From IMG/VR virus record IMGVR_UViG_3300036791_000462, positions 1-64,000 of that record: a DNA stretch of 64,000 nt; one strand, written 5' to 3'. Position numbers and translations under genes: made by a program. The notes under the pieces are model-generated. The model saw only the letters and a list, made by a program, of their open reading frames with translations, ran no database searches and had not been told where the DNA came from. The DNA comes from a virus. Positions within the stretch are counted from its first letter, which is position 1. Every line of letters starts with the position of its first letter. Below are positions 1 through 10,761 of this stretch, in pieces.

Positions 1-2128
1 TGTACGTGCCGGTCGCACTGAGACTGAAGGTGACGGCACCGCTGACTTGATACGCCCCGGCGGTCGGTGCGATAAAGCGACCGTTGGGGGTGCTGAGCAG
101 GTTGCCGCCAACATCGAAGGTCTGTGCGTCGAGCGGCACTTTGGTCCAGGTGGTGGCAGGGATTGCCAGCGCAGCGCTGCGAAACCCGCGCGCAGCGGTG
201 GTCGCGGCCGTGGTGCGGTTGGTGAACCCCTGGTCCACCCACGCTCCGCTGACGCGCTGGAAGTGCTCCCCGTCCGTCTTGCGTATCGCCCAGTCGCCGT
301 CAAGCTCGCCGACGAACGTGTTCGGAGCGGGGGTTCCGACGCCGTTGTACATGTACCAGATCGCGCCGCGTTGGCCTGGCGCTCCCTGGATCGCTCCGCC
401 TGGGTTGACCTGCACCCCGGTGACCTTCACGATCAGAGCGACGGCGACGAACGGCGGCATGTTGTTGTGCGGGCCGCCGCCGCCCTGCGCGGAGATCGAG
501 TGCTGGTGGTTCGGGTCGGCGTTGTTGCCGTCGATGCTGTTTCGCATCGTGCTCTGCCAGACGCCGCTCCAAGGGTGGTGGTGGCGGGTGGACGCGCCGT
601 AGGTCGTGACGTTGTGCGTGTGGACAAAGTCAGCCCATTTGTTCCCGTCACCGCCAACAAAAACGCCGTTGTAGGTGATCGCGACGAAGTTCGAGCCGCC
701 GCCAGCGGCGAACACGTTGAAGCCCTGGCCCGTGTTCCAGCTAGGACCGTCGGTGTAGCCGGTGTGCCCGTGGTCGGGCGTATCGTCGCCGGTGTTGCCG
801 CTGTGGTAGTGGTCGGTGCTCGTGAATCCGGTCACGCCACCCGCGCCACCCAGGCCGTCAGCGCGGTGTGAGTGCGACACCATCTCCCCAATCGACAGGA
901 TGTGGGTTTCCTCGCCGCTGCTGGCTCCTATCGCACGGCTGGTCAGCCCCGGCCCACCCCCGGAGCCGACAAGCATCCTGGAGCGCAGGTCGGGGATGTT
1001 GAACGTCGTGGAGCCGTCGCCCTGTCCCCACGGGGAGCTTGCGCTACCGAGCGCGGTGTACAGGTCCGGGTAGCTGACGCGGCTGAGCGCCCGTCCGTCC
1101 GCGAGCATCCAGTTCGTCGGGATCGTCGCCCCCGAGAACGCCTTGACCGTGCCGATCTGGTCGGTGTCGTACACGACGCCCATCGGCCCCTGTGCCCCAG
1201 TTGCCCCCGTTGCCCCGGTCGCGCCGGTCACCCCGACTGGGCCGGTGGGGCCGGTGGGGCCTGGGACGGCTGAGGCTGCGCCCTGAGCACCTTGTGGTCC
1301 TGTCGCGCCGGGCGGTCCGGTTATCCCTGCTGTCCCGGTCGGGCCAGCGATGCCCTGCGGCCCGGCGGGACCGGTACCGGCGGTGAACAGCGTAACCGCG
1401 AGGTACGTGTTCGCTGCCAACGCGGTGACCGCCGTGCCCTGGGCGTTGTACGCCCACAGTTCCAGGTAGTCACCGGCAGTCAACTGCACCTGGTCGATGT
1501 GTTCGATGCTGTAGTAGCTCTGTACCGCCACAATCTTCGCGGCCTGCGAGGACTGGGAGCCGTTGCGGTAAATCGCCGCGCCCACCGTCGTGTACGTACC
1601 GGTTCCCGACAGGCCCGTAAGCTGCACCACGCCGGTCACGTCGTAGACGCCGGTGACGGGGGCGGTGAAACGCCCGTTCGCGAGGTTGAAGCACCCGTTC
1701 GGATCCCTGCTGGCGGTGTCGAGCGGCACCTTCGTCCACACCCCGGCGGGGAGCGTGTACGCGGCGTTGCGGTACGCCCGTGCGGAGATCACCGTGATCT
1801 CGGACGCAGCCCCACCACCGGGGCCTCCGCCGGTGCCGATCTTGCCCGGCACCGTGTCGGAGATGACATCCGTCAGCGTCCAGTCGTCGTTCTCCAGGTG
1901 CATCAGCACCACGTCGCCGACCACGAACTTGACGCTGGTGCGGTACACCTCCGCCCACTGCGACAGGACGAAGTCCTCGTCTTCGAGCAGCGGAATGTCG
2001 TGGTCCTGAAGCTCGACGGTCAGCGGGTTGAGCTTCGTCACGTTCCCGCGCCGCACGCTCTTGTGGCGGCGCACGACCCGCTGGCTCTGCGCCTCCAGCG
2101 CGTCTTTGAGTTGCAGCCTGCCGCTCAC
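1..2128 (-). CDS. Baseplate spike-like (XkdR/DUF2577-like N-terminus) fused to C1q-like, collagen and phage tail-collar domains; runs off the left edge
   Basis: Not in the ORF track because it is open-ended. GTG at 2128 overlaps the upstream stop (GTGA). Manual translation: [36 protein letters not shown]; C1q-like [30 protein letters not shown]; GxY repeats at ~1180-1380; tail-collar [43 protein letters not shown]. Confidence 0.8.
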   Translation of the reverse strand, partial: MSGRLQLKDALEAQSQRVVRRHKSVRRGNVTKLNPLTVELQDHDIPLLEDEDFVLSQWAEVYRTSVKFVVGDVVLMHLENDDWTLTDVISDTVPGKIGTGGGPGGGAASEITVISARAYRNAAYTLPAGVWTKVPLDTASRDPNGCFNLANGRFTAPVTGVYDVTGVVQLTGLSGTGTYTTVGAAIYRNGSQSSQAAKIVAVQSYYSIEHIDQVQLTAGDYLELWAYNAQGTAVTALAANTYLAVTLFTAGTGPAGPQGIAGPTGTAGITGPPGATGPQGAQGAASAVPGPTGPTGPVGVTGATGATGATGAQGPMGVVYDTDQIGTVKAFSGATIPTNWMLADGRALSRVSYPDLYTALGSASSPWGQGDGSTTFNIPDLRSRMLVGSGGGPGLTSRAIGASSGEETHILSIGEMVSHSHRADGLGGAGGVTGFTSTDHYHSGNTGDDTPDHGHTGYTDGPSWNTGQGFNVFAAGGGSNFVAITYNGVFVGGDGNKWADFVHTHNVTTYGASTRHHHPWSGVWQSTMRNSIDGNNADPNHQHSISAQGGGGPHNNMPPFVAVALIVKVTGVQVNPGGAIQGAPGQRGAIWYMYNGVGTPAPNTFVGELDGDWAIRKTDGEHFQRVSGAWVDQGFTNRTTAATTAARGFRSAALAIPATTWTKVPLDAQTFDVGGNLLSTPNGRFIAPTAGAYQVSGAVTFSLSATGTY

Positions 2129-2490
2129 GTCACGACCCCGACGTTGGCGATGATCGGTTCGACAGCGAGCTTCTCCAACTCCAGGTAGCAGCGCCGGGTG
2201 ATCCCCAGGTCGGTCCCGAAGTTCTGGACGCTGCCGATCACGTACACCAGCACGGTCAGCGTGCTCTGCGACAGCAGCGGACGGTAGGCAAGTTCGAGGA
2301 TCTCGCCGACGCAGTCCGCGAGCCCCATCTGCGGGTCAACGACAGCGAAGCTCCCGCGCTCGTCGGAGATAGCGGTGGCGTACCAGCCGATGGTGTAGAA
2401 CCCGCGCGGGACGGCGGAGCCCGAGTACGACGCCTGGGCGTCGAGCAGGCACTGGCGTCCTTCGAGCACGAGCGGTTCGGGGTTGAGCAT
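2125..2490 (-). CDS. Hypothetical baseplate-region protein, possibly a DPBB-like fold
   Basis: 121-aa ORF coupled to both neighbours by stop/start overlaps. Confidence 0.6.
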   Translation of the reverse strand: MLNPEPLVLEGRQCLLDAQASYSGSAVPRGFYTIGWYATAISDERGSFAVVDPQMGLADCVGEILELAYRPLLSQSTLTVLVYVIGSVQNFGTDLGITRRCYLELEKLAVEPIIANVGVVT

Positions 2491-4148
2491 CAGTGCCCCT
2501 TCTTCTCCGACGCCTTCTTCTTCGCCGCCGCAACCGCCTTGGCCTTTCTGAGCGTTGCCGCGTTCTTCTGGTCGGCCTTGTACTTGCGCGTGGCCTGGTC
2601 AACCTGGACGCGCATCTCGGCAGGGTCGAGCACGTTGATGAACCCCATCTGCAGATCCATCGAGTAGCTCCCCGCCGCCACGGTGTGCGCCGCTGAGGTC
2701 ACGAACGCGATCCCCTGGTTGGCGACCGGCAGCCTCGCGGGAACGTTCTTGTCCAGCGGCCCGCTGGGGTTCTGCGGGGCGACCGCGCCGACGTTCGGGT
2801 CGGGCAGGTTGAACAGCGACGGGTCGAGCTTCTCCGCCTCTCTGAGCGCCGCGCCCTGCACCTTCGGGGACACGTCCGAGTAGGGCAGCAGGTTGACGTT
2901 CGTGTACCCCTCCTCAGGCAGGTTGATCTGGATCGCGTCACCACGGCGGATCGTCGCGATCCCAGGGTTCGTCAGTTCGGCGGTGCGCAGCGGCACGAGC
3001 CTGGTCGCGAGCATCCGCTGCGCGAGGATCGCCAGTTCGCGCTCTGACTCGACCCTCCCGAAGTTGACCGTTTTGCGGACCCACCCGTTGCGTTTGATCG
3101 CGCGGTCGTTGCGTGCGGTGACCGCAACCTTGCGCGTCTTCTTCTTCTTCTTGACGCCGGTGATGATCTGGCCGCGTGCGAGGATGACCGTCGCGAAGTC
3201 GGCGCTCTGGGAGCGCCCGAGCGTCGCTTCGGTCAGTTGCTCGCGGAAGGCGTACAGCAGCCGGTTGCGGCGCATCGGTACGACCTCCAAAGCGCCGAAC
3301 GGAAACTGGGTGTTCGGTGCGCCCCAGCGGATGATGAACGTGCGGCCCGTGCGCTTCGTCTCCTCGTGGTAGGCCTCGGTGATCACGTGGATCGGAGAGG
3401 TCAGCGTCGTTTGGGCGTGGCCCAACCCGAAGTAGCTGGTGCCCTGCGCGAGCGTGCGCACAGGGATCCGGTAGCGAACGCACAGGTCGTGGGCGATCTC
3501 GTCGCAGCGCCACCCGTGCGGGCGGATCTTCTTGCCCTTCGTGTACTTGTAGTCCGCGACGTTCTGAGCGATGTTCCAGAGGTCGTCGGCGAGCGTCAGC
3601 GTCCACGACCCGTCCGACAGCGTGACCGACTCGGCGGTGTCGTCGTTGTAGCCGGGCACGACCCGCATCACCCACAGGTTCGTGTACGTATCGCCGTACC
3701 CGACCTGGCAGACGATCTGTGAGCCCATCGCGCCAGGCTGCAGGTAGGTGGAGTTCTTCGAGATCCGGGCGGAGAACGACTCGCCGGGAAAAACGAGCGG
3801 CGCGAGCTTGTCGTACTCGCGCAACGGCGGCTTGTGCAGCGTCACCGAACCGGTCATCGCCGCCTGCGTGTTGATGTTCCGCAGATCGTCGGAGGACTGG
3901 TCCTGCCACGACAGGTTGTCGCACAGCCTGGAGATGTCAACGGTATGCCCTTCCCAGCGGACGAACAGTCGCAACCGCGTCTTCCAGAAGTCCGGCGCTC
4001 GGCGCTCGCCCTCCAGGTTGTCGGCCACGAGCTTCTGGTTGTGGTGAACCTCCGCGATCTCCCTGGCGGTCAGGTGCACGTTCGAGGGCGTTGCCTTCTC
4101 TGTGCGCTGCACCTCCTTGTGGCGGTCCTTGGCTTTGGTCGCGGTCAT
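2490..4148 (-). CDS. Baseplate hub protein (XkdQ/gp27-like)
   Basis: Lies after the LysM-type gene; ATG at 4148 overlaps the upstream TGA; C-terminal IRRGDAIQI..FVTSAAHTVAAGSYSMDL is typical of hub proteins. Confidence 0.7.
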   Translation of the reverse strand: MTATKAKDRHKEVQRTEKATPSNVHLTAREIAEVHHNQKLVADNLEGERRAPDFWKTRLRLFVRWEGHTVDISRLCDNLSWQDQSSDDLRNINTQAAMTGSVTLHKPPLREYDKLAPLVFPGESFSARISKNSTYLQPGAMGSQIVCQVGYGDTYTNLWVMRVVPGYNDDTAESVTLSDGSWTLTLADDLWNIAQNVADYKYTKGKKIRPHGWRCDEIAHDLCVRYRIPVRTLAQGTSYFGLGHAQTTLTSPIHVITEAYHEETKRTGRTFIIRWGAPNTQFPFGALEVVPMRRNRLLYAFREQLTEATLGRSQSADFATVILARGQIITGVKKKKKTRKVAVTARNDRAIKRNGWVRKTVNFGRVESERELAILAQRMLATRLVPLRTAELTNPGIATIRRGDAIQINLPEEGYTNVNLLPYSDVSPKVQGAALREAEKLDPSLFNLPDPNVGAVAPQNPSGPLDKNVPARLPVANQGIAFVTSAAHTVAAGSYSMDLQMGFINVLDPAEMRVQVDQATRKYKADQKNAATLRKAKAVAAAKKKASEKKGH

Positions 4149-5524
4149 CAGCCACCCCTCCGCTTGGTGACCGAGCGCACGGCGGGTTTCTTCGGCGGCT
4201 GTTTGGGCACGATCAAAAACCAGCCGGTGGGTTTCCTGGATCCCTTCGGACCCCAGGTCTGGTAGATCGCGGCGTTGCCGCTGCCGCCGTGCAGGTCGTT
4301 CGCTTTCGCGATGGTGCGCCACTCACCGGGGTCGTGGTAGTAGAAGTGCGCGAGATCGCTGAGGCTGCAGGGCTTGTCGCGCGGCCCGATCTGCCCGATC
4401 TGGTCGTCCCACGCGAGGAACGGCCCGTTCTCCACCAGGTTGTTGGCCTTGAAGTAGACCCTTCCTGGGAGTCGCAACACCGTCTGTTTGGGCACTCTTG
4501 AGCCACGCGGGTCGCGCCACTCCATGAAGCTGACGGCCGACAGGTAGATCGCGTCGCCCTCCCCGTGGCGGTAGTCCTCGTTGAAGGCCGTCAGCAGCGC
4601 GTAGGTGCTGTGGATCGTGGTCGAGTCCTTGAACGCCGCGACGTAGCGGAACGGTGCCCCAGCCTCAAACAGGGTGCGAAGCTGCTCGACGTACCACTCG
4701 GGGCGGCGGTACTGCTGCCCGCCAGGCATTTTCGTCGGGTACGGCACCCAACCGGGGAGGTAGTGCTTGCCGTCCTTCGTCGTCCCGAGGTACATCGCGA
4801 GCGTGTCGAAGGACCAGGTGTCCAACTGCCGGGAGCCGCGTCGGGCGAACTGGTCGTCGTCAATCGTGTCGTAGGTGCCCATGTTGAAGTTGTGCGAGAG
4901 CGTGTACTGCTCCAGCGGGCCGCACTGGAACACGAACGCCTGCGGCAGCAGCGCCCGCCCCTCCTTGTCCACCGTCAGCCCTCCGCCGATGGCGGACAGC
5001 GTGACCTTCACCCCGTCCGGCGGCGCTGGCGGTGGGTCGTGCTTGCTGTCTGCGAGCCCTGCGCGAAGCTCCCGTTCGTAGCGTTTGGCTTTCGCTGTGT
5101 CGTCGGCTTTCGCGAGCGCCTTCTCGTACGGGGTGAGTTGGATCGGCGCCCACGGATCCCCAGGCGGATTGTTCTGGTTCGAGTTGGTCGCCTGCCATAC
5201 CTGCCCGGCGTTGAAGACGTACGCGCCGACCGGGTAGGTGGGCGATGCTGACCACGCCGGAATCTGGTTCCAGCCCGGACCGCCGGGCACGCCTCCCGTG
5301 GTGGTCGTCGCGATCCACGCTGAGCCCGCGTAGGACACGATGCTTCCGGGAGGGTAGGTCGGGTGCCTCGACCAGGCCGGTGCTGCTACGGAACTCCAGT
5401 TTCGGTTGTTCGTGCCTGGCTTGTGGTTCGTGTTCTGCCAGATCGCGGTCCACGTATCCCCGCTGTAGAACACCCGGTCGGCGACGTTGTAGGTCCACGT
5501 GCTGCTCCATCGCGGCGCGCTCAC
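4148..5524 (-). CDS. Tail tube initiator (XkdP-like, C-terminal LysM-like) with N-terminal CBM5/12-like repeats
   Basis: Directly follows the tape measure; SLSDLAHFYYHDPGEWRTIAKANDL is LysM-like; three W-x4/5-Y-xx-[AG]-x-x-V..W repeats at the N-terminus. Confidence 0.7.
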   Translation of the reverse strand: MSAPRWSSTWTYNVADRVFYSGDTWTAIWQNTNHKPGTNNRNWSSVAAPAWSRHPTYPPGSIVSYAGSAWIATTTTGGVPGGPGWNQIPAWSASPTYPVGAYVFNAGQVWQATNSNQNNPPGDPWAPIQLTPYEKALAKADDTAKAKRYERELRAGLADSKHDPPPAPPDGVKVTLSAIGGGLTVDKEGRALLPQAFVFQCGPLEQYTLSHNFNMGTYDTIDDDQFARRGSRQLDTWSFDTLAMYLGTTKDGKHYLPGWVPYPTKMPGGQQYRRPEWYVEQLRTLFEAGAPFRYVAAFKDSTTIHSTYALLTAFNEDYRHGEGDAIYLSAVSFMEWRDPRGSRVPKQTVLRLPGRVYFKANNLVENGPFLAWDDQIGQIGPRDKPCSLSDLAHFYYHDPGEWRTIAKANDLHGGSGNAAIYQTWGPKGSRKPTGWFLIVPKQPPKKPAVRSVTKRRGG

Positions 5525-8500
5525 AGCGTCCTCCCGATGCTGTTCGCAAGCAGCGCCATTTCCTCGTCCACGATCCTCTGCACGTCACCCTTGCGATTGA
5601 CCTCGATGGTCCCGATGTTGATCGTCACCGGACGCCCACCGGCCGTGTTCTGGCTTTGCGGCGTGACGGTCACCCGCTCGCCACCGGGGCCGTCGCCGAC
5701 ACCGATCAGTTGCGGGCGATTCGCGATGAAGTCCGCACCGCCTGCGAACCACGGGATCCGCCCGCCATGCGAGTAGCTGCCGCCGTGCGGGTGGGAGAAG
5801 TGAACCGGATCCTTCGCGCCAGCCCAAACGAGCGTCTGGCCGTACGGCGAGCGCATCAGCACAGCAGAAAGCTGTGCGGCGTCGGTCACGTCAACGGCAC
5901 CGCCGGGATACCGAGTCTGTTCGTGGTTCGAGGTGCCCGGCAGGGCGGCGGGGCGAACGCCCGAGTTGTAGATCGCGGCCTGCGCGGCGTAGCTGCGCCA
6001 CCCGCTGGACACGCTGCCGCCCCACCCGTGTTTGCGCGCGTAGTTGAGGATCGGTTCGATCCACGCAGCGACGGGTTTGCCGGACGGGTCGCGAACGGTG
6101 CCCGCGCCACCTGGAACCATGCTGCCGCCAAAACCACCGGCTCCAAGACCACCGCCGCTCATGCCTGCCGCCGCCTGCAGGATGAAGTTGGCTGCGGCCG
6201 TGTAGTTGTTGACCGCTCCTTGAGCGAACGCCTGCTGGAAACCGAAACCGCCGATGCGCGGCGCACCGAGCATCGGGACACCCAGACCGCCTGTGATCGA
6301 CCCGCCGAGCCTGCCTGTGTACGCCATTTGTGCGTAGCGGATGCGGTTCGCCATCGCGGGGATGCCCGCCTTCTCAAAGCCCTGCTCGAAGATAATCGCG
6401 GCCCCCGCCGGTGTCGCGGAGTTCATCGCACCGCGCAAGCTCACGATCTGTGGGTACATCCGGTTCATCTGGGCGTTCAGCGACCCGCCGGTCCCGCTGC
6501 CGAAGTTCGAGATTTGCTGCCACATCCCGCCGCCGGGAGTGTTCGGATTCAGCGACGATTCCTGCATCGCGTTGCCGAGAATGCCCGCGATAGCTGCCTT
6601 GTCCCACCCGCGCTGGCTGAAGAACTGGTTGACCTCGCCGACGACCCCGCCGGTCGCGTATCCGGGCACTCGTCCGCCGTGCGCGTAATGCGGTCGGGTT
6701 TCCCCGGCGACCTCTTTTCCGAGGGTGGTGCCGTACGCCGCGAGCTTCGTGTTGACACGGTTTTCGGTGTGCCGGTTGACGACCAGTTCGCCACCGTCGG
6801 CGATCCCGAGCAGGCTCCCGCCCCGGCCGTACAGCGGGAGGTGGTCCCCCATCGCGGGGCCGGGCAGCCGCCCGCCTTGCGCGTGGCCGGGAATCGTCGG
6901 AGGGATGTACTTCGCTCCTGCTTGAGCGCCCGCGACGGCTTTCAGCGACCAGTGTTGGGATGCGAGCTTCTTCGCAACACCGGGCGAGATCCCCAGTTCT
7001 TGGAACGCCTTCGTCATCAGCCGGTTGACCTCTGCGATCCCATCCTTGGTGTTCTTGATCACGCCGTCCTTCATCGAGGTCTTCACGGCCTGGGCGGCGA
7101 TTGCGTAGTTGGTTGCCAGGGCGTCGGTCGCAGCCTTGGACTTGGTGCCGAGTTGGTCGGTGATGTCCTGGACGGCGAACTGGGTGCGAAGCTGGATCGC
7201 GCCGAGGTCATCCCCGGCGCTTTTCCTCATGTAGTCAAACTCGGGCTGGACTTTTTGCAGGGCACCGAACAGGCCGGTGGTCGGGTCTTTGAGCGCGTCG
7301 CGCACGTCCCATAGGCCTTGCTTGTATTGCTTGAGGTTCGGGTCGCGTGCGAGCTTGTTGGCCCAGTCCATCAGCCCCTGGAGCGTCTTGGGAGTCAGGT
7401 CCGCGAGATGCCCCTGAACCTCCTTGATGCGGTCCTGGAAGTTCTTCAGCTTCGCGTCGGCGACCTGCGTGTCCCAGCCCTTGGAGCCGAAAGCCTGTCC
7501 TGTCAGCAGCGGATGCAAGAGCGAATGGACGAAACCCCCGTAGCCAGGGATCAGCGAAGTCGGGTCAAGCGCCTCCGCCGCGTTCGCAGCCCGCCCCGGA
7601 AGCGTCTGCTTCTCAGCCCCAGGGAGCACAAAGCCAAGGGCAGCAAAAATCCCTGCGAGGATCGGGACTTTCCCGATCTTCGAGAGCACCGAGAGTCCGG
7701 GGATTTTGCTCGCGGCGCTGCCGCCCTTGCTAGCGAGGGTGGCAGCCCTGTCGTAGAGCGGGATCCGTGTCAGCGCCGACGCGGCCGGGTCGCCCTTTCG
7801 CAGCCAGCTAAAGAGCTTCGATCCGCCAGGGATCTTCGTGACCAAGCGTTCAAAGAGGCCCGGTTTCTTCGCCAGGGCCGCAGCCTCAGTTTCCACCGCC
7901 GCGCCCTTCGTGCCGATGCCGCCGGGACCAAGGCCGAACCCCTCGTTCACGACCTCGACGTACAGTGGTTTCAGCGGTGTCGCGCCCTGCTCGGACAGCG
8001 CGCTTGCGAGCGCCCCCGCGACACCGGATCCGCGACCGCCACGGCTCGCGAACTTGTTGAGCAGACCGGCGACGCCCGAGGCCCCGGACGCGGCACCCTT
8101 GATCGTTTTGAAGCCCAGCCACCCGACCGCGAGCGCGGCCACGGCGTTCGAGGGCAGGTTCCGCAGAAGCCATTCGGTGGCGGAGCCGAGCGGTTTGAAG
8201 ACCTTGTAGATCTCGGCGAGCGAGGTGGCGACGTTCTTGAGAATGGGCCACAGCCGGTCGGTCTGTTTCATCGACTGATCGAAGTAGTTCTTGATCCCGG
8301 TCGTGCCGCCCTTTTTGCTGAGGCTGTCAGCCGCCTTGTTGACCGAATCGGCCCAGCCCTTGACACGGTCGGTGCCGGTCTTGGCTCCCGCTCCGAGCAC
8401 GTCGCCGAGGATCCTCGCGAGCCCCTTGATCAGCCGCGCCCACTCCTTGAAGGAGTCCACCATCTCCTTGACCGCGTTCTTGCCCCTCTTGGAGCCGGTC

Positions 8501-9603
8501 CACTTCTCGAACTCCTTCCCCATTTTCTGGAAGCCGCCGCCTGCCTTATCGAGCGTTGGGAGGATGTCCTTGAGGATGTTCCCGAGCCCTTTGATGATGT
8601 CCACGAACCCCCGCATGAACCCCGGCAGGTTCGTGCGGAACACCCCGCCCAGGTTGCCGATGATCCCCTTGAACGCCTTGGAGTCCAGGAACGGGGCGAG
8701 GATGCTCTTGAAGTCCCTGCTGATCGCACCGACGTTCTTGTTGACCTGGGTCGCGAGGGTCGGCATCAGCTTGTGCAACGTGGAGATCCCGGTGTTCGCG
8801 AGCCCGAAGAAATCCTTCTGAGCGGGCTTGGTGGCCTTGTCCCACTGCTTTTTGAACTCTTTGAGGTTGCCGGATAGCGCAGCGACCTGCGGGTTCTGTT
8901 TCGCGAGGTGATCGACGGTCGCCTGGGCAGACTTGATCGTTGTCTGGTTGCCGGTCGCGATGGCCGTGTTCAGGCGTGTGACGGCCGCGTCGTAGGTCTT
9001 CAGGCTCGCCAGCGCTGGCTTGCCGACAGCGACGAGCGATCCGAGCCCCACCCCGAACGCGCCGAGCAGCCCGCCGCCGAGGATCGCACCACCTCCCACG
9101 GCGAACGTCAGCGACGAAACGAGCGATCCGACCGCCCCAACGAGCGCCACGACCGCCGGTGCAGCGAGCGTCGCTCCTGTGACCAGCAGCGGGAACGCGG
9201 TTGCTGCGCCTTTCACCGCACCGCCAAGCGCGCCGACACCGGTCGCAAGCGCACCGACACCGGTCGTGAGGGCTTTGAGCGCCGGGTGCGCGCCGATCAG
9301 CTTGGAGGTCCAGTCCTTCAGCGTCGTGAGGTGGCGTTTGAAGAACCCGCCGGTCTTTTCCACCTCCTTGCCCAGCTTCTTGATGTCACTGGTCGCTTTG
9401 CCAGTCTCACCGCTCAGGTCTTTCATCCCGCCGCGCGCTGCTTCGAGGTCGCCGGTGAACGACTTCAGCTTGCTGGTCCCGGCGGTGCCGCTGCCCATCG
9501 AGTTCAGCGCCTTGTCGGTCAGGATCGCCTGGCGCTGGATGTCCTTCAGCGGCCTCGACGCCTTGTCCAGGAGCACAAAGGCAGCTTCGACGCTGACGGC
9601 CAC
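5521..9603 (-). CDS. Tape measure protein with C-terminal phage-tail-lysozyme and M15-like peptidase domains
   Basis: 1360 aa, Ala/Gly/Lys-rich with hydrophobic segments, downstream of the chaperone pair; AAIAGILGNAMQESSLNP (lysozyme); SGWRSY..PGTSNHE..AVDV..DPVHF (M15-like). Confidence 0.9.
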   Translation of the reverse strand: MAVSVEAAFVLLDKASRPLKDIQRQAILTDKALNSMGSGTAGTSKLKSFTGDLEAARGGMKDLSGETGKATSDIKKLGKEVEKTGGFFKRHLTTLKDWTSKLIGAHPALKALTTGVGALATGVGALGGAVKGAATAFPLLVTGATLAAPAVVALVGAVGSLVSSLTFAVGGGAILGGGLLGAFGVGLGSLVAVGKPALASLKTYDAAVTRLNTAIATGNQTTIKSAQATVDHLAKQNPQVAALSGNLKEFKKQWDKATKPAQKDFFGLANTGISTLHKLMPTLATQVNKNVGAISRDFKSILAPFLDSKAFKGIIGNLGGVFRTNLPGFMRGFVDIIKGLGNILKDILPTLDKAGGGFQKMGKEFEKWTGSKRGKNAVKEMVDSFKEWARLIKGLARILGDVLGAGAKTGTDRVKGWADSVNKAADSLSKKGGTTGIKNYFDQSMKQTDRLWPILKNVATSLAEIYKVFKPLGSATEWLLRNLPSNAVAALAVGWLGFKTIKGAASGASGVAGLLNKFASRGGRGSGVAGALASALSEQGATPLKPLYVEVVNEGFGLGPGGIGTKGAAVETEAAALAKKPGLFERLVTKIPGGSKLFSWLRKGDPAASALTRIPLYDRAATLASKGGSAASKIPGLSVLSKIGKVPILAGIFAALGFVLPGAEKQTLPGRAANAAEALDPTSLIPGYGGFVHSLLHPLLTGQAFGSKGWDTQVADAKLKNFQDRIKEVQGHLADLTPKTLQGLMDWANKLARDPNLKQYKQGLWDVRDALKDPTTGLFGALQKVQPEFDYMRKSAGDDLGAIQLRTQFAVQDITDQLGTKSKAATDALATNYAIAAQAVKTSMKDGVIKNTKDGIAEVNRLMTKAFQELGISPGVAKKLASQHWSLKAVAGAQAGAKYIPPTIPGHAQGGRLPGPAMGDHLPLYGRGGSLLGIADGGELVVNRHTENRVNTKLAAYGTTLGKEVAGETRPHYAHGGRVPGYATGGVVGEVNQFFSQRGWDKAAIAGILGNAMQESSLNPNTPGGGMWQQISNFGSGTGGSLNAQMNRMYPQIVSLRGAMNSATPAGAAIIFEQGFEKAGIPAMANRIRYAQMAYTGRLGGSITGGLGVPMLGAPRIGGFGFQQAFAQGAVNNYTAAANFILQAAAGMSGGGLGAGGFGGSMVPGGAGTVRDPSGKPVAAWIEPILNYARKHGWGGSVSSGWRSYAAQAAIYNSGVRPAALPGTSNHEQTRYPGGAVDVTDAAQLSAVLMRSPYGQTLVWAGAKDPVHFSHPHGGSYSHGGRIPWFAGGADFIANRPQLIGVGDGPGGERVTVTPQSQNTAGGRPVTINIGTIEVNRKGDVQRIVDEEMALLANSIGRTL

Positions 9604-9873
9604 CTAGCGACCTCCGCCCATCGCTTTGGCGACCTTCACGGCACCCGCTCCGCTCGCGAGCTTGGCGTCCATGTCCATGCCGAACAGCCCAGCCCCGTAG
9701 AGGAAGTGCCGCAGCCGTGTGGGGTAGCGCGGCGGGCGCGGCTCCTCCTCGGGGTGGCCGAGTGGGCGGTAGTCAGCGTCCAGGCCGTTGTACAGCCGGT
9801 AGGGGTCTTCCCTTCCGTATCGCCAGGCCAGGAACAGCATCTGCGCTTCGCCCCCGGCCTTGATCAGTTTTTT
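9604..9873 (-). CDS. Tail assembly chaperone, frameshifted C-terminal extension (gpGT-like)
   Basis: The -1 frame after the slippery site reads KLIKAGGEAQMLFLAWRYG.. and stops immediately before the tape measure start. Confidence 0.8.
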   Translation of the reverse strand, partial: KKLIKAGGEAQMLFLAWRYGREDPYRLYNGLDADYRPLGHPEEEPRPPRYPTRLRHFLYGAGLFGMDMDAKLASGAGAVKVAKAMGGGR

Positions 9874-10505
9874 GCGCTGAGCGCGTCCCGCACGTCCTCG
9901 TCATCGAAGCCGGACAGCGCCATGATCTGCCCGGAGAGTTGGGCGATCAGCCCCGGCTTCGTGCGGAACTGCTTTTGCAACAGCGCCTCGGGGGTCACGC
10001 CGCGATCTCTCGCGAGTGCCTCGATGTCAGGGTCTACCGACCCGGCCATGATGATCTTCAGGTTCCCCAACGTGTCGATGGCGAGGTCGTCCTGACGCCC
10101 CCGTCGGCGCAGCGCCGAGGTGGTGCGCTGAATCCGGCGAAGCTCGTCGGAGTCGATGGGGCGCACGATCCACGACACCCACTTCGGAGCGTCGCCGACT
10201 CCCACGTTGAGTTCGAGGACGTGGGTTGGTTCCGTCTCCTCGTCCGGGTCTTCTGAGAGGAACCACTCCAGGGCAGAGGTCGCCTCGGGCTCGGATACCG
10301 GTCGGTCGTGCCCCAGGTCCGCGAGCACATCGGCGGTGGTGCGATCCTCGTCCTGTGGGCGATCCTCCCGGCCCCTGAGGGTCGTTGGGGGCGGCAGCGC
10401 CTGTTCGGCCTGCTGCGAGCGTTGTCTGCCCGCTACGCGCTGCTGGGGCGGCTCAGGAGACGGGACGCGAACGTCCGGCGCGTCCACAGTTTCGGTGTCT
10501 GACAT
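9864..10505 (-). CDS. Tail assembly chaperone (gpG/XkdN-like)
   Basis: Lies between tail tube and tape measure; ends ..ALSAKN* on a slippery heptamer; KPGLIAQLSGQIMALSGF resembles XkdN. Confidence 0.85.
   Translation of the reverse strand: MSDTETVDAPDVRVPSPEPPQQRVAGRQRSQQAEQALPPPTTLRGREDRPQDEDRTTADVLADLGHDRPVSEPEATSALEWFLSEDPDEETEPTHVLELNVGVGDAPKWVSWIVRPIDSDELRRIQRTTSALRRRGRQDDLAIDTLGNLKIIMAGSVDPDIEALARDRGVTPEALLQKQFRTKPGLIAQLSGQIMALSGFDDEDVRDALSAKN
9867..9873 (-). other. -1 programmed ribosomal frameshift site A AAA AAC
   Basis: Minus strand reads GCA AAA AAC TGA, fitting X XXY YYZ. Confidence 0.85.
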
Positions 10506-10547
10506 GGTGCTCCTTCGGGGCCTGTGGCCTCACGATGGTTTGACAGG

Positions 10548-10754
10548 TCAGCCATGTCGCGTCACCTCGCGGAGTGCTCGTGCAGAGGGCCGTTGTTCCA
10601 AGGGGGTCGGGTCGAAGTTGCGCTCGCCTTCAGGCAGGCGGCACTGCACCTCGATGCGGCTCATTTGCGAGAGAAGATCTCGTTGACCGTGCGAGTTCTT
10701 CCCGACAACGTAGGTCTTCAACTCCAGCCAGGCACGTTCGTAATCAACGATCAC
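10548..10754 (-). CDS. Hypothetical protein
   Basis: 68-aa ORF filling the gap between tube and chaperone. Confidence 0.55.
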   Translation of the reverse strand: MIVDYERAWLELKTYVVGKNSHGQRDLLSQMSRIEVQCRLPEGERNFDPTPLEQRPSARALREVTRHG

Positions 10755-10761
10755 GACGTGC

